Assembly (NCBI GenBank): GCA_038823825.1
Contig: JAWBCC010000004.1
Span: forward strand, 1-32,000
Reading direction: 5' to 3'
Source of the DNA: Candidatus Hadarchaeales archaeon
GTDB taxonomy: Archaea > Hadarchaeota > Hadarchaeia > Hadarchaeales > Hadarchaeaceae
Length of the DNA: 32,000 nucleotides
This document shows, in pieces, positions 1 through 6,333 of this stretch (positions are counted from its first letter, which is position 1; each line of letters begins with the position of its first letter). The translations under genes and the position numbers were made by a program. Under the pieces are notes generated by a model, which did not search any database, was not told the origin of the DNA, and saw only the letters and a program-made list of their open reading frames with translations.

Positions 1-479
1 GAAGGATAGATAGCTCCTTCCTCGTAAACTGTCTCCCCAGAGAAGGCACACTTGGCTTCAGCGACCTCAAACTTGTTCAGTCCTATATGTCTTCTATCAC
101 CCAATCCATAGCTTCCAAACTGCCGGAGGGAAAGCAAAACGTGTGGAAGATATCGCGAATATTCTCCGAGGAGAAGTAGTTTGACCTCAATTTCTGCTCC
201 TTCTTTGAAATCCATAGGCTCTCCAAAGAATGGAGGAATGAAGATGATGGGACGTGGTGGGGGACTTTTTCCTTTTTTTGCATATGGATTCTCATAAGCT
301 GCGTAGAATAGACAATTCTCCCTAAACTTACAATCCTCACACTCATGCATGGGTCGGTAACAAACGATCTTCCTCAGATGTATTCCAAATCCACCTCTAA
401 AAGCGGATCCCATCCAGTAAGGTAAACTAGTGGGCCTTTGAAAGCGAAGCCGTAAGATCAAGGAAGTTAACTTCAGCAC
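1..479 (-). CDS. cas6: Cas6-family pre-crRNA endoribonuclease (RAMP), truncated by left window edge
   Basis: Manual minus-strand translation from a GTG at 479 is open to the edge: VLKLTSLILRLRFQRPTSLPYWMGSAFRGGFGIHLRKIVCYRPMHECEDCKFRENCLFYAAYENPYAKKGKSPPPRPIIFIPPFFGEPMDFKEGAEIEVKLLLLGEYSRYLPHVLLSLRQFGSYGLGDRRHIGLNKFEVAEAKC... Matches the Cas6 type with GSAFRG, CxxC..C and a 'FGxxGLGxxR' segment. Start codon uncertain; the frame stays open further upstream. Absent from the ORF track because no stop lies in the window. Confidence 0.75.
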   Translation of the reverse strand, partial: MLKLTSLILRLRFQRPTSLPYWMGSAFRGGFGIHLRKIVCYRPMHECEDCKFRENCLFYAAYENPYAKKGKSPPPRPIIFIPPFFGEPMDFKEGAEIEVKLLLLGEYSRYLPHVLLSLRQFGSYGLGDRRHIGLNKFEVAEAKCAFSGETVYEEGAIYP

Positions 480-588
480 CAAGAAAAAAGAGAGGGGAAG
501 TAGAAAAAAGGTTTTGGGATAGCGGTTCGGAGGTCCATCCTCTTCACAAATATCTCCTTGGAAATTAAGAGGAAAATTCCTCAAATTT

Positions 589-1380
589 TTATGACATCCT
601 CGGCCTTCTCCTTTCGCAGACTTTTCCTCCGCCATATAATCCTAATCTCATGAAAGTTTTCCAAAGTAGAAGTCCCATAGGTGTTATCTCCAACTCATCT
701 CTCTTTCGCTCTATCCATCCAAGTCTTTCCGCTTCAGAAATCACATCCTTTGGGAATTCTCTTTCTAATTGTAGCAGGTGTGCTTTCATATTTCTACACA
801 TGTGATTCATTAATCTTTGGAATTTCTCTTTCCTTCTCAGCCGAACCGGCATAGCGGGGAGCCTTACCACCTCCCTAAAGGATTCATGAATATACAAGAC
901 TGGAGCTCCGATCCCAGGCAAGTTGGAAGCCAAAAGCGCTATAGCAGTTTCAGGTTTGAATCCACCAGTTGCGTGGACGTAAACTGTGTCGTTTTGGAGA
1001 TAATGCGCCCTTATCAATTCTACAACCTTTTCAAAAAGTTTGGCCAATCCATGACGGAAGTTCTTTGGATCTCCGAGCCCGCTGATTTCCACCGATTCCA
1101 CGTAAATTCTCAATTTTAGTTGAGACAAAAAACTTTGAAGAATCTTTGCGCAGAGTCTCCCTTCCTCTGTGTCAGAGTGTAGCAGATACACGTAGTGCTG
1201 TTTGTCTTTCTTTTCCTCCAAGAGGGGAAGAAGTGTGTTCAATTCGGCACTGGCTTTTCTAGGATCTCGTTTGACAAAAGAGAGAAGTTCCCCCTCTGAG
1301 GGCTCTTTTCCTATTTCCCTTCTCACATTCGCTAGTAGGGAGGTTCCTGTGGTCACTATGTGGGCATTTATCGTCAACAT
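589..1380 (-). CDS. CARF-domain protein, APE2256-like CRISPR-associated family, with a C-terminal helical/wHTH-like part
   Basis: N-terminal 'VTTGTSLLANVRRE' and 'VYVHATGGFKPETAIALLASNLPG' are typical CARF nucleotide-binding motifs; adjacent to other type III genes. Confidence 0.75.
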   Translation of the reverse strand: MLTINAHIVTTGTSLLANVRREIGKEPSEGELLSFVKRDPRKASAELNTLLPLLEEKKDKQHYVYLLHSDTEEGRLCAKILQSFLSQLKLRIYVESVEISGLGDPKNFRHGLAKLFEKVVELIRAHYLQNDTVYVHATGGFKPETAIALLASNLPGIGAPVLYIHESFREVVRLPAMPVRLRRKEKFQRLMNHMCRNMKAHLLQLEREFPKDVISEAERLGWIERKRDELEITPMGLLLWKTFMRLGLYGGGKVCERRRPRMS

Positions 1381-1422
1381 TTTTTATCTACCAAGAGGGT
1401 TATTAAAGATTGAGTTTAAACA

Positions 1423-2724
1423 ATGCGATCCATCCTGATATCCAGCTGGGGAAAGCCTTGGAGAACAGGGGGAGAATTCAGTTGGGAGAAGGTGGAATAC
1501 AGGCTGAAGGAAATCTCAAAGACCTCTAGGAGTTCTCTCCCCGTCCTCGTCGAACACACCAAACCAGAGAGGATAGTGATAGTGGTTTTGGACACTGTTG
1601 CAGAGAAAGTATGCTCAGACTACCAGAAACTCTGTAAAATGGTGGAGAAGCGTTACCTCGACTTCATACAAAAGGAGCTCGAAATCTCGGAGGAAGTGAA
1701 AGTGATTGTTGCTCCTGGTGTTGGAAACTTTAAGCTGAAGTTTAAGGGAGAGATGATGGATTTTTACCACTATGTCTTTTTCGAGCTCTCGAGAGAGTTG
1801 ATAGGACTGGAAAAACAATGTGAAGTTCATCTTGACATCACTCACGGGTTGAACTTCGCCCCAGTTCTTCTTCATGAAGCTTTGGAGCACATCCTTGGTA
1901 TTCTAGCGTACACCAAAAACATTAAGTTTTCCATCTACAATGCTGAACCTTTTATTCCGGGAACTAGGAAAAAATCATCCTTAACAATACACCGTATTGA
2001 ATATGGGGACGTGTATCCCAGCTTGGGCCCTAATAGAGTAGGCGGGAAAGGAGAAGCCCGCTTTCTCGCGGTCAGAGAGGAACATAAAAAGGATACAGAA
2101 TTTTGTAAAAAAATTTCAAAAGTCGCCAAAGTTTCCAATAGCAAAGAACTCAATGCCTTTCTCAGTGGAATAGTGAACGGCCTCCCGCTTTGCCTTTACA
2201 CCTTTTGTCCCGATCCTCAACGGCTGGAGAAAAAGTTGTCTTCGGCCGTGAAAGAGTGGAGGAAAAACGTGGAAATAAGATTCGGAGAAGTTGAGAGGAA
2301 AGTAAGCTTCACCCCTGATTTCACAAATTGCGTGAAGCTTTGGCTCGCTGCCAAGTCCTTTAACATCAAAAGGAAAGAAGCTGTAGTTCTGGAAGAGCTG
2401 AAAGAAAAGATGAGAAAGATATTTGGGTATGAGCGTTCGAAAGAGGCATTGATCTCCCATGAACTAGCAAAGATAAAGGAGGAAGCGGAAGCTAAGAAAA
2501 AAGAACTTAACAAATGGAAGTTGCTCAGAACTCTCTTTTCTAGTGAACAAATCTCTCCTTCCTTCGACCGGCGCAACTTTTTGGCACATGCTGGATTAGA
2601 GTATAACGTCACGGAACTGCGGTACTCAGAGAAGCTGGAGCTTCGATACAGAAAAAATCAACGGAAGGAAATAGCGAGCCATCTGGAAGGATTGCTCCAC
2701 AAAAAAGACGGGGCTTCCGGTTGA
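1423..2724 (+). CDS. csx1: Csx1-family CARF-HEPN ribonuclease (cOA-activated effector)
   Basis: N-terminal 'ILISSWGKPW', 'HLDITHGLNFAPVLLHEAL' CARF motif; C-terminal 'DRRNFLAHAGLE' HEPN R-x4-H motif. Confidence 0.85.
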   Translation: MRSILISSWGKPWRTGGEFSWEKVEYRLKEISKTSRSSLPVLVEHTKPERIVIVVLDTVAEKVCSDYQKLCKMVEKRYLDFIQKELEISEEVKVIVAPGVGNFKLKFKGEMMDFYHYVFFELSRELIGLEKQCEVHLDITHGLNFAPVLLHEALEHILGILAYTKNIKFSIYNAEPFIPGTRKKSSLTIHRIEYGDVYPSLGPNRVGGKGEARFLAVREEHKKDTEFCKKISKVAKVSNSKELNAFLSGIVNGLPLCLYTFCPDPQRLEKKLSSAVKEWRKNVEIRFGEVERKVSFTPDFTNCVKLWLAAKSFNIKRKEAVVLEELKEKMRKIFGYERSKEALISHELAKIKEEAEAKKKELNKWKLLRTLFSSEQISPSFDRRNFLAHAGLEYNVTELRYSEKLELRYRKNQRKEIASHLEGLLHKKDGASG

Positions 2725-3080
2725 GTTCCCGAAAGGGCTTCCCTCCTCACCCTTCGATTTCTTGGAGCTGATCAAGTACCAGCTAATCCTTCTCGTGAAC
2801 GAATACGTTGGATGAAAGGAAGATCTCAGATTTTTCTTGCAAGGGGAGCGGGAGGATTGTTGAGAGCAAACTCGTGAGGCTTCCTGACAGGTCGATGAGA
2901 TCAGGAAAAGGGGAGTTGCAAGGGTAGGTGGGAACCGCAGAGTATCACCGAGAAAATCGGCGAGGTCGGCGCTGGTTGCTTTCGGTTGGAAAGGTTCTGG
3001 GGGCCGGATCCAAGTTCTCCTTTGGAATGGATTTCTTTGAATTCGGCCAACCAAGTAACATCACAAGCAATACTTTCTGA
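2675..3080 (+). pseudogene. Possible decayed CDS fragments, perhaps RAMP-like
   Basis: Short open stretches in different frames: RAIWKDCSTKKTGLPVEFPKGLPSSPFDFLELIKYQLILLVNEYVG* (2675-2815) and KVLGAGSKFSFGMDFFEFGQPSNITSNTF* (2991-3080). The latter resembles the glycine-rich C-terminal motif of Cas6/Cas5-like RAMPs. No continuous ORF. Confidence 0.25.
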
Positions 3081-3232
3081 CCTCGCGGTAACCACCTTTC
3101 TGCTCACCTTTGGATGGAGTCAACCTCTAACCTTTTCCTTATTTTCTCTAATAAATAAGTCTTGAAAGAGTTAGAAGAGTACTAGGCTGCCTTTCCGGAT
3201 CCTTCCGTCCCATAGGGTTAAAGGGAGCCGGG

Positions 3233-3342
3233 ATTGCAATAGAGGATCCCTGAAACTGGGAATTGAAAGCCATCCAGGCTGGTTGTTCTCCATTTTTTAT
3301 CAACTGTTGCAATGGAGGATTCCCTGGAAATGGGATTAAAAG
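3233..3342 (-). CRISPR. Relic two-repeat CRISPR (degenerate repeats 3233-3269 and 3306-3342, 36-nt spacer)
   Basis: ATTGCAATAGAGGATCCCTGAAACTGGGAATTGAAAG and GTTGCAATGGAGGATTCCCTGGAAATGGGATTAAAAG, both 37 nt and 36 nt apart, resemble the reverse complement of the main array repeat GTTGCAGTGAAATGCCCCTGAAAATGGGGATTGAAAG. The repeats read in this orientation on the + strand, opposite to the main array. The schema strand is nominal because transcription is unknown. Confidence 0.55.
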
Positions 3343-3527
3343 CTCGTTATCAGCAGAGGATCGATGATGAGGCGAGATTACAAGCTTCGCCCCGTCTGCC
3401 AAGCGTTATAGCAAAGACCCTGAAAGTTAAGGAATAGAAGAGTCGCCATGAGTGATTGGGGTTTTAGACTTTTGAGAAATTTGAAACCTGAAACGTAAGT
3501 TTTTTTAAGGATAGCACTAAATACTAA

Positions 3528-3932
3528 ATGATGCCTCCAACAGAGGAGGATTTGATAAACTGGGGTACCGAAATAGGAACTTTAGCCTTCTCCGAGAAGA
3601 TAGAAAAGAGCCAGCTCGAAAAGCTGATTGCTTCACTTGAAAGCGTGAAAGATCCTCGTCTCGCTCTATATGTAACAGCTGCGTTTGCTTTAAGGCAGTC
3701 CCAGCGAGAAGAGCGAGGGAAGGCTCTTCTCACGAGGAAATTCGCGGAGCGGGTGGCATCTATTCTTCAACAAATTTACGAAGCCAACGGAAGCAAAACA
3801 GAAGCTCGCAAAATGCTTAGGTTTGCAAAGTGGATTGTGGAGGCCTCCACAGGGAGGCAGATCAGACCAGTTAAAACCCTTAAAGAATTCATTGACAGTT
3901 TGTCTGTGGAGGATGTAGGTGCCAGATTATAG
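3528..3932 (+). CDS. Type III small subunit (Cas11 / Csm2-like)
   Basis: 134 aa, alpha-helical, first gene of the effector operon directly before Cas7-like genes; contains 'ALYVTAAFALRQSQREERGKALLTRKFAERVASILQQIY...ARKMLRFAKWIVEA'. Confidence 0.6.
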   Translation: MMPPTEEDLINWGTEIGTLAFSEKIEKSQLEKLIASLESVKDPRLALYVTAAFALRQSQREERGKALLTRKFAERVASILQQIYEANGSKTEARKMLRFAKWIVEASTGRQIRPVKTLKEFIDSLSVEDVGARL

Positions 3933-4602
3933 AGACTTCGACACGCTTAAGAGTCTTACCAAAATCAGGGGGACCCTTATAAACCATACTCCGCTTCGCG
4001 TGGGGACGGGAAGGGAGGCGCCTCTTGAGGCAACGGTTGACATAGCCGTTTTCAGAGTGGGGGAAGTGCCCTGTATACCAGGATCAAGTCTGAAGGGGGT
4101 TTTACGGACCGCGGCGGAGACCCTCGCACGCTCTTTTGGAATTACCCCCCATCCTCCCTGGGACCTTCCGAAAGCCGAGAAGAAAGGTGACTTTTGCGAG
4201 ATTTGCGGGATTTTTGGGAATCAGGAGTTAATGAGCCATATAAAGGTCTATGACGCATATCCTCAAGGTGAAGCACAAATCTTCGTCAAGCCTGGAGTCG
4301 CGATTGATAGAAATTTCGGAAGCGTAGCACACGGATCTTTTTTCGAGGAGGAGTTGGTGGCCCCGGGTTGCAAGTGGAACTTTCGGGTAGATATCATAAA
4401 CATCCCGGTTTTCGAGGAGAGTACGGACAAGAGAGGGAAAATCTTGGAGACGCTCTTCCGTATGTTCACAACTACGGGACTGCATGTCGGGGCGAGGAGC
4501 ACAGTGGGGTCCGGCCTAACAGTTTTGGAGGACGTGAATTACGCCACGTATATCTTAACCGAAAAAGGGCTCGTTTTGAAAAAAGAGGGTAGAGTGCAAT
4601 AA
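3919..4602 (+). CDS. Cas7-like RAMP (Csm3/Csx7-like)
   Basis: 'LRVGTGREAPLEATVDIAVFRVGEVPCIPGSSLKGVLR', 'CEICGIFG', 'TTTGLHVGARSTVGSG'; GTG start overlaps the upstream gene. Confidence 0.85.
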   Translation: MPDYRDFDTLKSLTKIRGTLINHTPLRVGTGREAPLEATVDIAVFRVGEVPCIPGSSLKGVLRTAAETLARSFGITPHPPWDLPKAEKKGDFCEICGIFGNQELMSHIKVYDAYPQGEAQIFVKPGVAIDRNFGSVAHGSFFEEELVAPGCKWNFRVDIINIPVFEESTDKRGKILETLFRMFTTTGLHVGARSTVGSGLTVLEDVNYATYILTEKGLVLKKEGRVQ

Positions 4603-4603
4603 C

Positions 4604-5425
4604 ATGCAATGGATTTCACATGACAACATTCGTAGGGAAACTTCCTTCAACTTTATTCTGACAAACGAGGCTCCTTTAAGAATCGGATGCGGCGGAGAGC
4701 CTCCACTTGAAGCACTATCCGATCTCGCTGTTCTTAGAATTCCTTCCGAGTTCGGGGAAGTGCCATATATTCCGGGATCCAGCCTGAAGGGAGTCTTCAG
4801 AAGTTTTTGCGCGAAACTCCTTGCGCGGAAGGGGCTGAGGGTCTGCGAGTTGTCCGGAAATAGATGCGAGGTTGGGCGAGAGAGGAACATCGAACAGTTT
4901 GCGGAGCAGGCTTGTCTTCTGTGTAAAATTTTTGGTACGCAAGGGTACAGGGGGCTTGTGAGCTTTTCTGATGCCTTTCCTTGGAATGGCCAGCAGCTCT
5001 ATCCGTTCAGACTGGGTGTAAGAAGGGGAATTCGAATCGGCAGGAAATCCGGAAGAGCACAGAACCTTTTTGATGTTGAGTATGTAGAGCCGGGTGCAAA
5101 GTTTAAGTCAGGCATTCGTTGCCTCAACCTACCTAACTTTGCGCTCGGCCTGCTCTCGAGGGCCCTCCTTTGTCTACACGAGGGGGAGGTGAAGGTTGGA
5201 GGGTTCAAGACGAGGGGCTTCGGAGAGGTGAGGCTGGAAGAGGTCGAGATCAGAAATCGGGATGTCGGGGGAACCGGGAAGAAGATGACCGCTCTGGACC
5301 CGCAGGACAGAGAGATCGAGGTCGGGGAAATGGAAGTGGAGAACGATTGGTTAGTGGCAAGCGGGGATGCGGCTTGGAAGATTCTGAAGAAGCTGGCTCA
5401 ATGGTGGGAGGAAGCCAAGCTATGA
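4604..5425 (+). CDS. Cas7-like RAMP (Csm3/Csx7-like)
   Basis: 'LRIGCGGEPPLEALSDLAVLRIPSEFGEVPYIPGSSLKGVFR', 'CLLCKIFGTQG', 'VKVGGFKTRGFGEVRL'. Confidence 0.85.
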   Translation: MQWISHDNIRRETSFNFILTNEAPLRIGCGGEPPLEALSDLAVLRIPSEFGEVPYIPGSSLKGVFRSFCAKLLARKGLRVCELSGNRCEVGRERNIEQFAEQACLLCKIFGTQGYRGLVSFSDAFPWNGQQLYPFRLGVRRGIRIGRKSGRAQNLFDVEYVEPGAKFKSGIRCLNLPNFALGLLSRALLCLHEGEVKVGGFKTRGFGEVRLEEVEIRNRDVGGTGKKMTALDPQDREIEVGEMEVENDWLVASGDAAWKILKKLAQWWEEAKL

Positions 5426-6333
5426 GGAGGTTCAACGTAATCCAAGAACAGCCGAGGACGAGGGGAAGGTTTACGGGACTTTGCGGGGACCTCCAAGTTT
5501 CCATCGAGGTGGTAAGCGGACTTCATGTGGGCTCGGGTCAACTTCCAATAAAAGTAGATGAGGAGAAACTAGCCCAGACCATAGAACTTGACTACTGGTC
5601 CTTTCCCTTGGTCAATGAGAGGGCTGTCATACCGGGCTCAAGCGTGAAAGGGAACGTCAGGGCAAGGCTGGAACTTTCCTTTAAGGAAAAGGATGGCTGG
5701 TTCAGATCTTGTTTCACGGAGACGGGAAGGTTCCAAAAAGGCCCCTCGAAGGACGGGTCTTGGAGGCATTTCAAGATATGGGAGCCGTCGGTGAAGCAGA
5801 ATAGAATCGTTCCTAGGGAAGGAAAAGGGTCGCAATGCGATTTCGTGAAAGGAAAGCAGGAGAGAGTCTGCCTTCTCTGTGATCTTTTTGGGACAACCGG
5901 TCTGATCGGTCTGCTCGAGTTCAGCGACTTTATTCTCAGCGAAGGCAGGCTCTCCCCCCAGAAATTTAAGTACGGGTTAAAATTGTTGGTTGCGGAGATC
6001 GGCTCAGTTTTCACTGGGAAGGTGTGGTTCATGAACCTGAAGCCGGAAGAATTGGGACTGGTTTTATGGGGAATGGGTCTCAGGGATGGGAGAATCGGGA
6101 GGGGAGTTCTCATGGGAAGGCTGAAGTATGTGGGGCCGATTGGAAAGGTAAGATACAGACTAGACACATTTAAATTATCCCAGTTCTCGGAGCAACTGAA
6201 GTTGGATTCGGTTGAGATCAAAGCAGGCGACGAGGTGCAGGCCGACGACCAGCTCGCGAAGGAGCTTGTGGAGTTGGCAAGGCGCACGTATGGTGGAGAG
6301 CTTGAGGATATAGATGAGGTGAGCCTAAAATGA
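5422..6333 (+). CDS. Cas7-like RAMP
   Basis: ATG at 5422 overlaps the previous stop as ATGA (the track start of 5170 is too long). 'LHVGSGQ...IELDYWSFPLVNERAVIPGSSVKGNVR', 'CLLCDLFGTTG', 'GRIGRGVLMG'. Confidence 0.8.
   Translation: MRRFNVIQEQPRTRGRFTGLCGDLQVSIEVVSGLHVGSGQLPIKVDEEKLAQTIELDYWSFPLVNERAVIPGSSVKGNVRARLELSFKEKDGWFRSCFTETGRFQKGPSKDGSWRHFKIWEPSVKQNRIVPREGKGSQCDFVKGKQERVCLLCDLFGTTGLIGLLEFSDFILSEGRLSPQKFKYGLKLLVAEIGSVFTGKVWFMNLKPEELGLVLWGMGLRDGRIGRGVLMGRLKYVGPIGKVRYRLDTFKLSQFSEQLKLDSVEIKAGDEVQADDQLAKELVELARRTYGGELEDIDEVSLK

Noticed and set aside
83-346. Minus-strand ORF of 87 aa in the track
   Set aside because: Out-of-frame shadow of the Cas6 coding frame that runs through the same region.
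3377-3442. Possible third and fourth degenerate repeats (ATTACAAGCTTCGCCCC... and GTTATAGCAAAGACCCTGAAAG...)
   Set aside because: Some local matches to the repeat, but length and spacing do not fit well; kept only as a weak hint.
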